Positions 30,205 to 39,794 of a stretch of DNA of 64,000 bases are shown one piece after another. Origin of the DNA: Coraliomargaritaceae bacterium. GTDB lineage: Bacteria; Verrucomicrobiota; Verrucomicrobiia; Opitutales; Coraliomargaritaceae. The stretch covers positions 5,426 through 69,425 of the forward strand of contig CBFIAS010000002.1 in the NCBI GenBank assembly GCA_965660635.1. Reading direction: 5' to 3'. Both the position numbers and the translations under genes were made by a program. The notes below the pieces were generated by a model that saw only the letters and a program-made list of their open reading frames with translations, made no database searches and was not told the origin of the DNA. Each line of letters opens with the position of its first letter. Position 1 is the stretch's first letter.

Positions 30205-31947
30205 TCAACCCATCCGCGCGGTAAGCCAGAGCGCCTGATAGGGCTCGAGGATAAGGGGATCGGAGGCAGGGATACTCCGGGCACGGCCGGAGAGGATGTC
30301 GTGGCAATCGCCGGCGGGCAGGCCGAGGGCACGGGTTTGCGACTTGCTTAGCGATTTGCTACCGGGGGTGAAGTTGTACAGGCAGACGACAGTCTGCTCG
30401 GCGTTCAGGGCGACCCGGTTGTGCGCAAAGATTTCCGGGTCGATCTCAAAGACCTGCTGCGGGGCATCGGGATGAAAGGCGGGTTGCGCGGAGCGGCGTC
30501 GAAGCATCTGCAGGTAGGTCTCGAAGACGAACCGGGGCAGTTCATCGGCGAGGTGGGCCTGTAGTTCTTCGGCCTGCCACTTGCGGCGGTTGATCCGGCG
30601 ATTGATGCCGGTTTGCTCGACCGCTTCGGTATCGTTTGGCGTGCCCAGGAGACTGTGCAGGTAGATGCCGGGAATGCCTCGGAGCGAGAGCATGAGGGCC
30701 TGCGAGCAGAGGAAGCGGCGGGCACCGAGCGTGGGCTTCTCCGGGTCGGCCAGCGCAGAGTAGTAGGTGATATTGAGTTCGTAGGGGCGCTCACTGCCGT
30801 CGGGCATGGTGCGGCGGTTGACACGACCACCCGCATTTTCAACGTGCTGGACGAGACGCTCGGTCTCTTCCGTCGGGAGGATGCCTTCGACCGGACGGAC
30901 GCCGACACCGTCGTGACTGGCGGTGAAGTTGAAGAAAGTGCAGCCCGGCGGGGGCGGGGCGAGGTCGAGTGCCCAGCGGGTAAGGTGGCTGGCCGTGCCC
31001 GTGGCGAGGCCGTGCAGGAGGAGGGGCGGCAGGCTGAACTGGTAGATCATGTGGGCCTCGTCGCCCTGGCCGAAGTAGCTGATGTTCTCCTCGTGCGGGA
31101 CGTTGGTCTCGGTCAGGAGGATCGTGCGCGGAGCGATGATCTCGACAATGTCGCGGAAGAGGCGGACAACTTCGTGGGTCTGCGGCAAATGGATGCAGTT
31201 GGTGCCCATTGTCTTCCAGAGGAAGGCGACGGCGTCGAGACGGGCGATGCGCATGCCCTTGGAGATGTAGAGCATGAGGATGTCGATGAACTCGAAGAGA
31301 ACTTCCGGGTTCTGCCAGTTGAGGTCGATCTGGTCGTCGGAGAAGGTGCTCCAGACATGGGCTTCTCCATCACGCGTGCGGGTCGGCGTCAAAAGCGGGC
31401 TTGTGCGCGGGCGAACGACGGCGGAGTAGTCGCCCTCCGGATCCATGTCCAGGAAGTAGTGGCGCGCCGGTTCGATACCGGCGACAAAGTCCTTGAACCA
31501 ACTGCTCTTGGCCGAGCAATGATTGAGGACGAGGTCAAACATCAGGTCGAAGGACTGGCCGAGGCGCTCGACATCCTGCCAACCACCGCAGGCGGGATCC
31601 ACCTTGCGGTAGTCGATCACAGAAAAGCCGTCGTCAGAGGACCAGGGGTAGAAGGGGAGCAGGTGGATGGAGCGGATGGCACCGACAAGGTGCTGCCGGG
31701 CGAATTGGTCGAGGGTGTGAAGGGGATTGCCGGTAGCTGGGTCGTGCAGGCTATCGGCATAGGTGATGAGGACACTGTCCCGCTCGTCCCAGCGGCTGCC
31801 GTTGCAGATGGTTTCATAGCGGCCGACCCCATAGCGGCCGATCATCATGAAGAGGCGCTCGAGAAGTTTCTCGGCACTGCCTCCGTAAAGGAGGTTGAGG
31901 CGGCGGCGCACGCAGCGGAGTTGTTCCCTAGAGACGGATTTGATCAT
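30205..31947 (-). CDS. GH13_18 sucrose-phosphorylase-family glycoside phosphorylase (candidate glucosylglycerate phosphorylase)
   Basis: 580 aa. LLPFYPWSSDDGFSVIDY, DLVLNHCS, nucleophile block RIARLDAVAFLWK, LLTETNVPHEEN, FTASHDGVGV. ATGA overlap with the upstream GT4 gene. Confidence 0.8.
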   Translation of the reverse strand: MIKSVSREQLRCVRRRLNLLYGGSAEKLLERLFMMIGRYGVGRYETICNGSRWDERDSVLITYADSLHDPATGNPLHTLDQFARQHLVGAIRSIHLLPFYPWSSDDGFSVIDYRKVDPACGGWQDVERLGQSFDLMFDLVLNHCSAKSSWFKDFVAGIEPARHYFLDMDPEGDYSAVVRPRTSPLLTPTRTRDGEAHVWSTFSDDQIDLNWQNPEVLFEFIDILMLYISKGMRIARLDAVAFLWKTMGTNCIHLPQTHEVVRLFRDIVEIIAPRTILLTETNVPHEENISYFGQGDEAHMIYQFSLPPLLLHGLATGTASHLTRWALDLAPPPPGCTFFNFTASHDGVGVRPVEGILPTEETERLVQHVENAGGRVNRRTMPDGSERPYELNITYYSALADPEKPTLGARRFLCSQALMLSLRGIPGIYLHSLLGTPNDTEAVEQTGINRRINRRKWQAEELQAHLADELPRFVFETYLQMLRRRSAQPAFHPDAPQQVFEIDPEIFAHNRVALNAEQTVVCLYNFTPGSKSLSKSQTRALGLPAGDCHDILSGRARSIPASDPLILEPYQALWLTARMG

Positions 31948-33248
31948 GGCGATGGCTTAGAACCGGCTGGCGGGTTGTTGTGAACGGGGGCATCGCCGGT
32001 GAGCAAGGCAATGTGGTGGCGAAGGACCCGGCGCAGGACAGTGTAGCTATAGTATTGGCAGGCGACCCTGTAGTTGTGGTTGACAATGGAGTCCCGGTGT
32101 CCGGCATCCTCGATCACGCGCCGCACTTTCTCGACCAGGCCCGGAGTGATGAAGCCGTCCATCTCCAGCAACTTGAATCCCTTTGGCTCAATGTCCTGCA
32201 CGTAAATGGAATACCGGTTGATCACAACGGGCACACGGAAGTAAATGGCTTCGAGCAAGGCGTTGCCAAAGCCTTCGTAGGTACTTGGATAAGTCATCAA
32301 GTCCGCGTGCCGGTACAAATCCCAAAGGGTGTAGATCTTCTTGCCCGCGTGATCAACCTGGCGGACCTCGCCGATGCGGGCGGCAAAAAAGCGCAGGTCG
32401 ACCCCCTCCTGTTCGGCCATCAACTCGAGCCGGTGCTTGTAGTCATGGCCCTCGTCTCCAGCATCGTGGGAGATGACCAGCTTGTAGCGGTCGTCCTTGA
32501 GCATGCCGACGAGCTTGATGGCATGCTCGATGCCTTTCCGGGGGACGATACGCGTTGGCTGGAGGATGAGAACGTCGTCCTGCCCGATGCCGATCTCGTC
32601 GCGGATGTCCGCGGTGTAAGGGTCGTGCGTCTCGGGCGGCGGGTTGTCAAAGTCGAAGACGTTGGGCATGAGCGTCGCAGTCACGCCCTTGCGCAGGGAA
32701 ACCTGCTCGATCGCCGCCTGATTGATGCCGATGTGATGCAGGTGCGGCAGGCTGGGCGGAAAGGCCATGTCGAGGTAATCCTTGACGGACCCCACCGAAA
32801 AGCGGGTGCGTTCCCAGTAGAAGTCGTGCTGGTGTGCAATGGCCGGCATCTGGGTCTCGGCCAGGAACTCGGTCACCGCGATGCCAAGCGGCACATGCAT
32901 CGGTATGGCAAGGACGTTCTGCGGGATGAGGATGTCGATCTTGTGGTATTCGACAAAGTCGTAGAGCGTTTGCTTGAGGTAGTCGGCCATCTCTTGGATT
33001 CGCTCTGTAACAAAAGGATCTCTTTGGGTATGGCCCCAAATACGCTCATTGATCCATTCATTTTCGGGGTGACCGAAATAAGCTTCCGGCACGCAATAGC
33101 TGCAACCGGGGTCGCGGTCGTTGCGCCCGCTATACCAGTAGCTGACGTGCTGGTCATCCCAAAGCACCTGCGCCCACTTGGCGCTTTCCAGTGAAACGCC
33201 GTCTGCGCCGGCAAAGCGGGTGGAGACGAATCCGATGTTTTTCGACAT
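31944..33248 (-). CDS. GT4-type glycosyltransferase (candidate glycosyl-glycerate synthase, e.g. MggS-like)
   Basis: 434 aa. GT-B/GT4 E-x7-E block STYEGFGNALLEA and N-terminal FVSTRFAGADGVSLE. Translationally coupled to the phosphorylase gene. Confidence 0.65.
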   Translation of the reverse strand: MSKNIGFVSTRFAGADGVSLESAKWAQVLWDDQHVSYWYSGRNDRDPGCSYCVPEAYFGHPENEWINERIWGHTQRDPFVTERIQEMADYLKQTLYDFVEYHKIDILIPQNVLAIPMHVPLGIAVTEFLAETQMPAIAHQHDFYWERTRFSVGSVKDYLDMAFPPSLPHLHHIGINQAAIEQVSLRKGVTATLMPNVFDFDNPPPETHDPYTADIRDEIGIGQDDVLILQPTRIVPRKGIEHAIKLVGMLKDDRYKLVISHDAGDEGHDYKHRLELMAEQEGVDLRFFAARIGEVRQVDHAGKKIYTLWDLYRHADLMTYPSTYEGFGNALLEAIYFRVPVVINRYSIYVQDIEPKGFKLLEMDGFITPGLVEKVRRVIEDAGHRDSIVNHNYRVACQYYSYTVLRRVLRHHIALLTGDAPVHNNPPAGSKPSP

Positions 33249-33364
33249 GGTGAGGCGAGTTAGGGATTAGCAATCAACAGGCGTCCAACGATGTCGAATC
33301 AAAAGATGCGGCGGGGCTTTTTAACTGGATCATTGCCATCACTAAGCTAGGCGCGTGCCATCTT

Positions 33365-34300
33365 TCAGGATTCTTCATCCTTTACCCGGGGATGAAACAG
33401 TGCGTGCTCCTCGGAGAGGCGGCTGGACTGCACGGATGTATAGATCTGGGTGGTGCCAATATCCGCATGGCCGAGCATTTCCTGGATCGCGCGGAGGTCA
33501 GCCCCACCCTCCAGAAGATGCGTGGCAAAGGAATGACGGAGCAGGTGGGGCTTGATCGGCTTCTTGATGCCAGCCTTGGCCGCCATATTCTTGATCATGA
33601 CCCAGACCATTTTTCGCGAGATGGCCCGGCCCAGCCGGCTGAGAAACAATTCACTCCCGGTATGCGCCTTGACCATTTGGGGACGACCCATGGCCAGGTA
33701 GTCGCGCAAGGCGGCGATTGCGTGCTGTCCCACCGGCACAATGCGCTCCTTGCTGCCCTTGCCGAAGACCCGCAGAAAGCCCTCCTCCAGGTTGATGCTC
33801 TGCAGGAGCAGGCCACATAGCTCGGAGACCCGCAAGCCGCTGCTGTAGAAAAGCTCGAGGATCGCGCGGTCCCGCAGGCCCGTCGGCGTGCCTGTCGAGG
33901 GTGCTTCCAACAGGCGGGATACTTCCGCGGAGTTAAGCACCCCAGGCAGCTTGCGACTTAGCTTTGGCGCAGAGGTCAAGCCGGTGAAGTCGTCCTTGCG
34001 GACGCGCTCCCGCACGAGGTGGCGGGCCAGCATGCGCAGAGCGGAGAGCTTCCTCGCCTGGCTGGAGCGGGCGTAAACCCCGCCCAAGGAAGCCGCCCAG
34101 GCACTGGCTGCAGCAGGATCCACCGCTTCCCAGCCGGAGCAACCCCGCTCCTTGAAGAAACCAGCGGCCTGGGCAAGATCGCGGGCATAAGCCAGCCGGG
34201 TATTCTCAGAAAGCCCACGCTCCAACTCCAGCCAGGCCAGAAAGCCTTCCACTGGTTCGGAGAATTCTCCCGGAATACTGTCAAGCGGATCCGCGGCCAT
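33365..34300 (-). CDS. xerD: tyrosine site-specific recombinase XerD/XerC type
   Basis: N-terminal SAM-like domain (FLAWLELERGLSENTRLAYARDL). Catalytic blocks RDRAILELFYSSGLRVSEL, HLLRHSFATHLLEGGADLRAIQEMLGHADIGTTQIYT. The start is ambiguous (34300, 34351 or 34381). Confidence 0.82.
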   Translation of the reverse strand: MAADPLDSIPGEFSEPVEGFLAWLELERGLSENTRLAYARDLAQAAGFFKERGCSGWEAVDPAAASAWAASLGGVYARSSQARKLSALRMLARHLVRERVRKDDFTGLTSAPKLSRKLPGVLNSAEVSRLLEAPSTGTPTGLRDRAILELFYSSGLRVSELCGLLLQSINLEEGFLRVFGKGSKERIVPVGQHAIAALRDYLAMGRPQMVKAHTGSELFLSRLGRAISRKMVWVMIKNMAAKAGIKKPIKPHLLRHSFATHLLEGGADLRAIQEMLGHADIGTTQIYTSVQSSRLSEEHALFHPRVKDEES

Positions 34301-34386
34301 GAGTGTACTTATACAGTTCGCTGGTTGGCCGCCTTGCAAGCTTGCAAGCATGCCTGAATCGCTGAGACTAAACCGTTTCAAACAAC

Positions 34387-35688
34387 ATGGAGAAGCAACC
34401 GGACAACGCCATCAAGCCGACGGACCTGCGGGGCATACTCGAGTATGTCCCGATGTTCCGCGGGCACGTCTTTGTCATCGCTCTGGACGGCAGCCTTGTC
34501 GCCCACGAGATGTTCCCAGACGTGCTGCTCGATATCGCCGTACTCCGCTCCCTCAACATCAAGGTCGTGCTGGTCCACGGCATCGGCCAGCAACTGCGCT
34601 CCCTGGCTGACTCCCGGGGAATTTCCATATCCGACCTGCATGGGGAAGGCGCCACCGATCCAGCCACTCTGGAGCTGGCCACCGAAGCGAGCGCAGCGGT
34701 CAACCTCCAGATCGTGCGCGGTCTCACGCGGAACAAACTGCGCTGCGCCGCAACCAACGCCGTGCGCGGCAAGCAGATCGGCATTGTCCGGGGCATCGAC
34801 CAGCAACTCAGCGGCGATGTAGACAAGCTCGACACCAGCCTCATCGGCCAATTGCTGGAAAGCCATACCGTGCCAGTCGTCGCCCCGATCGCCTTCGACC
34901 GCGACGGTGCCTCCCTGCGCCTCAACTCCGACCTCCTCGCCGCCGAACTGGCCACCCGCCTGGAAGCCTCCAAGCTCATTTACCTGGGCACCCAGGACGG
35001 GTTGCGGATCAACGGAAAAGCCGTGACCAACCTGCCCGTAGCCGAGCTCGAGCAACTGCTGGAAGCCGGGCCCGCCCCCTTCACCGATCGCCTGCTCGGC
35101 AAAGCCCGCTACTCCGCCAGCGCCGTCCGCTCCGGCACTCCGCGCGCGCACCTGCTGGACGGACGCGTCTTCGGCGCGCTCCTCAACGAGATCTTCGACA
35201 AGGTCGGCGTCGGCACCATGATCTACGGCAACGAATACGAATCCATCCGTCCAGCCGTCGAATCCGACGCCCACTCGATTCACAACATCACACGTAACGG
35301 CATGCAGTCGGACAGCCTGCGGGAGCGCAGCCTCGCAGAGATCGAGACAGGCATCCGCGACTTCCTCGTTTACGAGATCGATGGCAGCATCGTCGGCTGC
35401 CTGCAATTGCAAGATCACGAGAGCGGCGGGACCATCGAGATCGGCAGCGTCTACGTGCAGTCCTTCTACCAGCAAAAGGGCGTAGGCCGCCGCCTGGTGG
35501 AATACGCCTGTTCCCTCGCCGCCGAGCGCGGCGCCTCCCGGATCATCGCCCTCTCCACCCGCTCCGCCGGCTTTTTCACAAAAATCTGCGGATTCACGGA
35601 AGGCTCGGTCGAAGACCTGCCGCTGCAAAGGTTGGAGCGCTACCGGGCCGAGGGCCGCCAGTCCAAGGTATTCATCAAAAACACTTGA
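34387..35688 (+). CDS. argA: amino-acid N-acetyltransferase (N-acetylglutamate synthase; amino-acid-kinase fold plus GNAT)
   Basis: 433 aa. AAK domain (FVIALDG .. VLVHGIG .. VPVVAPI) followed by a GNAT domain (QQKGVGRRLVEYA). Confidence 0.8.
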   Translation: MEKQPDNAIKPTDLRGILEYVPMFRGHVFVIALDGSLVAHEMFPDVLLDIAVLRSLNIKVVLVHGIGQQLRSLADSRGISISDLHGEGATDPATLELATEASAAVNLQIVRGLTRNKLRCAATNAVRGKQIGIVRGIDQQLSGDVDKLDTSLIGQLLESHTVPVVAPIAFDRDGASLRLNSDLLAAELATRLEASKLIYLGTQDGLRINGKAVTNLPVAELEQLLEAGPAPFTDRLLGKARYSASAVRSGTPRAHLLDGRVFGALLNEIFDKVGVGTMIYGNEYESIRPAVESDAHSIHNITRNGMQSDSLRERSLAEIETGIRDFLVYEIDGSIVGCLQLQDHESGGTIEIGSVYVQSFYQQKGVGRRLVEYACSLAAERGASRIIALSTRSAGFFTKICGFTEGSVEDLPLQRLERYRAEGRQSKVFIKNT

Positions 35689-35769
35689 TCCATCCCTCCG
35701 GTGAACCGGCAACCCTACCACACCACAGACAGCCGCGGCGTCTCCGAAATCTGCCCCGGAAAGACACGT

Positions 35770-36033
35770 ATGCGGGCCATCATCCAGACCCTGGATCTTG
35801 ACGAGGCCACAGCCCAGGAACACCCGGACGTCTCCCTCGTGCACGATGAAACAGGCTGGAGCATCTCCCTCTACCCACACGGCATCGCCACCCTTGAAAA
35901 CCTCAACGACAACGACGAAACCGCCCCGCGCTTCCTCCGCAACATCGACCGCAACCAGGCATTCTCGCTCTGGTGCCAGCTGGCCGAAGGCCGCATCGAA
36001 GCACTCCGTCAACTCAACTGGAACAGCGCCTGA
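35770..36033 (+). CDS. hypothetical protein (87 aa)
   Basis: ATG-initiated ORF with backbone-like codon usage. No motif that I recognise. Confidence 0.4.
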   Translation: MRAIIQTLDLDEATAQEHPDVSLVHDETGWSISLYPHGIATLENLNDNDETAPRFLRNIDRNQAFSLWCQLAEGRIEALRQLNWNSA

Positions 36034-36043
36034 ACAAACAGCC

Positions 36044-36721
36044 TCAAGCCGGAACCCAGCAAAGCGACACCACGTGACTCCCGGCCAGCGCGAAACGGAA
36101 ACGGAAATCACCGCGCCCGGCCCCCGTCATTCCCTCCGACAAGTGATCCGCCAGAAACGCGATCCGCGCGCTGCCCCCGGCCATGTCCACCTCCAGCGCC
36201 ATGTCCCCAAAACCCGCTTGCAGGCCCCAGCGCGGGTACTGCGCCTTGTAAAAAGCCTCCTTCAAGGAAAACAACACACTCGCCCGCGACTGATCGCCGC
36301 CCCAGAAACGCCTTTCCTGCGGGTGTGCCACCCGGCTCGCAGCCCCCTCGCCGATCCGGTCCGTCCGCTCCAGATCCAGCCCCAAGACTGAAAACGTGGA
36401 CATCGGCCCGGCCACCGCCATGCACATCCCCCGGCAATGGGTAATCGATCCCGTGAAACCCGCAGGCCAGCCGGGCAGCCCGGCAGAATCCCGCTCCAGG
36501 ACAGCCTCCTCCCGCAATCCTGCCATCCCCAGGGCCTGGCGCGCGCAAGCACGCCCCCCGGTAAACTCATTCGCACGCGCGCTCGACCAGCCAGAGACCT
36601 GCACCCGGTCCAAAGGCAAAGCAGCCAACGAGCCAGCAGAACCAGCGGACCAGCCCAAACCACGAGGGCAAAGCCCCTCGAGAATCTCCGTCAAGCCCGG
36701 GGATGCTGCGGTTTCTTCCAT
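36044..36721 (-). CDS. 4'-phosphopantetheinyl transferase (EntD/Sfp type)
   Basis: GSITHCRGMCMAVAG, LGLDLERTDRI, FSLKEAFYKAQ blocks. Confidence 0.8.
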   Translation of the reverse strand: MEETAASPGLTEILEGLCPRGLGWSAGSAGSLAALPLDRVQVSGWSSARANEFTGGRACARQALGMAGLREEAVLERDSAGLPGWPAGFTGSITHCRGMCMAVAGPMSTFSVLGLDLERTDRIGEGAASRVAHPQERRFWGGDQSRASVLFSLKEAFYKAQYPRWGLQAGFGDMALEVDMAGGSARIAFLADHLSEGMTGAGRGDFRFRFALAGSHVVSLCWVPA

Positions 36722-36817
36722 CTCGCGGAGTTTTGGCCCCCGTTCTCACACAAGCAAGCCGACAAGTGAGGATTTGACCTGCCGCGCAAAAACAGTGGAA
36801 TGCGGAGATCTCGTACC

Positions 36818-37636
36818 ATGAGCCTTAGCGACTTCGAACAATACCTCATCCAACCCGGCAGCCAGATCCGCCTGGATGAAATCGACGCCAACCCGCGCGA
36901 GGACCTGCCCTCCGATAAAACCCTGGGCAAGGAAGAGCTCTCTGCCATCCACCTGCGCTTGAGCGATCTCCAGCAGCGCTTCTTCGTCGATCGCCGAAAG
37001 AAGCTGCTGATCGTCCTCCAAGGCATGGACACAAGCGGCAAGAACGGGACCATCCGGCACGTCTTCCGAGGCGTCAACCCGCAGGGCGTGCACGTCGCCA
37101 GCTTTGAAAAACCCTCCTCCCGCGAGATCGCCCACGACTATCTCTGGCGCATCCACCAGCAAGTACCGGCCAACGGCGAAATCATGATCTTCGACCGAAG
37201 CCACTACGAGGATGTCCTCGCCGTTCGCGTCAACCAACTCACGCCAGAGGCAATCTGGCGCAAGCGGTTCCGCCATATTAACGACTTCGAGCAGATGCTC
37301 GTCGATGAATCCACCATCATCCTCAAGTTCTTCCTCCATATCGACCGCGACACCCAGAAGCAGCGACTTCAAAACCGCCTCGATACCCCCGAGAAAAACT
37401 GGAAATTCGACAGCTCAGACCTTGTCGCCCGGAGCAACTGGGAACACTACGAGGAAGCCTACGAGGAAGTCTTTGAAAAAACCAGCCAGCCGCACGCGCC
37501 CTGGTATCTCATCCCCGCCAACAAGAAATGGGCACGCAACCTGCTCGTGGCTCGCATTGTGCTAGCCTGCCTCGAAGACCTCCACCTCAGCTACCCGCAG
37601 GTCGACTACGATCCGGAAGAGATCCTCATCCGCTGA
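36818..37636 (+). CDS. polyphosphate kinase 2 family protein (one-domain PPK2)
   Basis: Walker-A-like LQGMDTSGKNGTI, IFDRSHYEDV lid, WYLIPANKKW. Start at MSLSDFEQY. Confidence 0.85.
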   Translation: MSLSDFEQYLIQPGSQIRLDEIDANPREDLPSDKTLGKEELSAIHLRLSDLQQRFFVDRRKKLLIVLQGMDTSGKNGTIRHVFRGVNPQGVHVASFEKPSSREIAHDYLWRIHQQVPANGEIMIFDRSHYEDVLAVRVNQLTPEAIWRKRFRHINDFEQMLVDESTIILKFFLHIDRDTQKQRLQNRLDTPEKNWKFDSSDLVARSNWEHYEEAYEEVFEKTSQPHAPWYLIPANKKWARNLLVARIVLACLEDLHLSYPQVDYDPEEILIR

Positions 37637-37651
37637 ACCAAAGACCGCACC

Positions 37652-38818
37652 ATGAGCAACCCACTCGACACCATTCTCAAAGACATGCCGCACCATCGCG
37701 GCGAACTTCCCCCTGTACGTGAAATCCTCCTGGCCAACGCCATGATGATCGGGGAAATCCCCGCCCCGACCGGTGGCGAGGACAAGCGCATCACCTTTCT
37801 CAGTAACCGCTTCAACGAAGAAGGCCTGCAGGACATCTCCATCGACGAGGCGGGCAACTGCATGGCCGTCATCCCCGGCACCTCCGGCGAAAACAACATA
37901 CTCGTCTGCGCCCATGCAGACACCGTATTCCACGAGAACATCGACCACGCCATGTCCGTCGCCCACGACTCCATAACCGGCCCCGGCATCGGAGACAACA
38001 GCCTCGGCCTTGCCGCCGTTGTCACTCTGCCCCACATCCTCAAGACCCTCGGGATCCAGCCCGCCGACAACATCGTCCTGCTCGGCGCCACCCGCAGCCT
38101 CGGACGGGGAGACCTCGGCGGCATACGCTTCTTTCTCGAGAACTACAAGAAGCCCATCCGAGCAGGCATCTGCGTCGAAGGCATCCAGCTAGGCCGCCTC
38201 AGCTACGCCTCCATCGGTATGCTACGCGGAGAGATCCATCTTCAGGTCCCCTCCGAATACGACTGGACCCGCTTCGGCGCCACCAACGCTGTGGCCATCC
38301 TCTCCAGCGTCGTACAAAACATCCTGCGCATACCCATCCCCGCCGAGCCAAAGACAAAAATTATCTTCGGCTCAATCAGCGCGGGCACATCCTTCGCCAC
38401 CGAGCCAACCTCCGCACGACTGCGCTTCGAAATACGCAGCGAAGAAGTCGGCATGGTCGGACAAATGAAGGCCCGGATCGAGGACATCATCGAGGAGACC
38501 GCCAACGCCACCAGCGTCCAGCTCGGCCTTAGCGTCATCGCCCAGCGCAAGACCGGCGGCCTGCCCTACGGCCACCCCATGGTCAAGTCCATGCGCAGCA
38601 TCCTCTCCGAACTCCAAGTCAAGCCCTATGTCGAGCCCAGCGTCGGCGAACTCAGTGAACTCATCGCCCGGGACATCCCCAGCGTCACCATCGGCCTGAC
38701 CCGCGGCACCAACAAGAACGAATTCAACGAGACCATCGAGATACAACCAACCTTCGACGGCCTCACCCAACTGGTGGCCCTTCTCGCCGCCATTGACGAA
38801 GGACTCTGCGATGACTGA
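37652..38818 (+). CDS. M20 family metallopeptidase / deacylase
   Basis: VCAHADTVFH and GPGIGDNSLGLA metal-binding blocks. 388 aa. The 3' end overlaps the gpgS start by 8 nt. Confidence 0.75.
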   Translation: MSNPLDTILKDMPHHRGELPPVREILLANAMMIGEIPAPTGGEDKRITFLSNRFNEEGLQDISIDEAGNCMAVIPGTSGENNILVCAHADTVFHENIDHAMSVAHDSITGPGIGDNSLGLAAVVTLPHILKTLGIQPADNIVLLGATRSLGRGDLGGIRFFLENYKKPIRAGICVEGIQLGRLSYASIGMLRGEIHLQVPSEYDWTRFGATNAVAILSSVVQNILRIPIPAEPKTKIIFGSISAGTSFATEPTSARLRFEIRSEEVGMVGQMKARIEDIIEETANATSVQLGLSVIAQRKTGGLPYGHPMVKSMRSILSELQVKPYVEPSVGELSELIARDIPSVTIGLTRGTNKNEFNETIEIQPTFDGLTQLVALLAAIDEGLCDD

Positions 38819-39794
38819 AAAAATAGAAAAATGGCTGGAAACCAACACCTTCCACCACGGCGAATTCTGGGACATCCTCAAGCTCGTCCGCCTCAAGGAA
38901 GAACAGGGCATCCGCATCTCGCTTTGCATCCCCACCCTCAATGAGGAAAAGACCATCGGCAAGGAGACCGTCATCTTCCGCTCCGAACTTATGGAGCGCT
39001 ATCCCCTGATAGACGAATTCGCCGTCATCGACTCCGGCTCGAAGGACAAGACCCTCGAAGTCGCCGCATCCTTCGGAGCCGATACCTATAGCGCCAAGGA
39101 CATCCTCCCCGAAGCCGGCAACCGCCCGGGCAAGGGAGAGAACCTCTGGAAAGCCATCTACCAGCTCAAGGGCGATATCATCGTCTACGTCGATGCCGAC
39201 ATCAAGAACATCCACCCCCGCTTTGTTTACGGCATCGTCGCCCCGCTCCTCATCAAGCCCTCCATCAAATACTGCAAGGCCTTCTACGACCGACCCATCA
39301 CCTACTCCTCCGGCATCCGCGCCAGCGGAGGCGGTCGCGTCACCGAGATCCTCATACGCCCACTCTTCTCCCTCTTCTTTCCCGAACTCGCCTCCCTCAT
39401 CCAGCCCCTCTCCGGAGAATTCGCCGTGCGCCGCGAAGTCCTCGAGAAGATCCCCTTCCCCATCGGCTACGGCGTCGAAACCGCACACATCCTCGACGTC
39501 TACCGTGAATGGGGCCTCGAAGCCTTCGGCCAGTGCGACCTCGACCAGCGCGTCCACCGCAACCAAAGCACCAACGCCCTCGGCAAAATGTCCTTCGGCA
39601 TCCTCCAGACCTTCCTCAACCGCCTGAAGCGCTACGGCATGGTCGACAAGCTCCCCGAGCTATTCACCCTCTACCGGCAGTTCCAGGCCGAGGGCAACCG
39701 CTACGACCTCCTCAACAAGGAAATCGTCGAGTACGAGCGCCCCCCCATGATCACCCTTCCGGCCTACTGCGAGAAATTCGGCGTCCAGCCATGA
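38811..39794 (+). CDS. gpgS: glucosyl-3-phosphoglycerate synthase (GT81)
   Basis: ISLCIPTLNEEKTIG, VIDSGSKDKT, PGKGENLWKA, IVYVDADIKN (DxD), PLSGEFAVRRE. This is the typical GpgS block order. Confidence 0.85.
   Translation: MTEKIEKWLETNTFHHGEFWDILKLVRLKEEQGIRISLCIPTLNEEKTIGKETVIFRSELMERYPLIDEFAVIDSGSKDKTLEVAASFGADTYSAKDILPEAGNRPGKGENLWKAIYQLKGDIIVYVDADIKNIHPRFVYGIVAPLLIKPSIKYCKAFYDRPITYSSGIRASGGGRVTEILIRPLFSLFFPELASLIQPLSGEFAVRREVLEKIPFPIGYGVETAHILDVYREWGLEAFGQCDLDQRVHRNQSTNALGKMSFGILQTFLNRLKRYGMVDKLPELFTLYRQFQAEGNRYDLLNKEIVEYERPPMITLPAYCEKFGVQP

Noticed and set aside
33365-34300. The tyrosine recombinase as a marker of an integrated mobile element splitting the solute gene cluster
   Set aside because: The sequence has the full XerC/XerD chromosomal-type blocks. 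The flanking DNA has backbone composition, and I found no att-like direct repeats or phage/ICE genes.
34378-36111. 577-aa ORF on the minus strand
   Set aside because: It is antisense to the argA-like gene and the small ORF. The translation is G/A/V/D-rich with no motifs. The plus-strand frame has clear amino-acid-kinase and GNAT blocks.
39509-39790. 5' extension of the glycosyltransferase ORF (P/R/Q-rich 94 aa)
   Set aside because: It lies entirely inside gpgS in another frame. The ATG at 39791 forms a classic ATGA overlap with the gpgS stop and gives a normal GT N-terminus.
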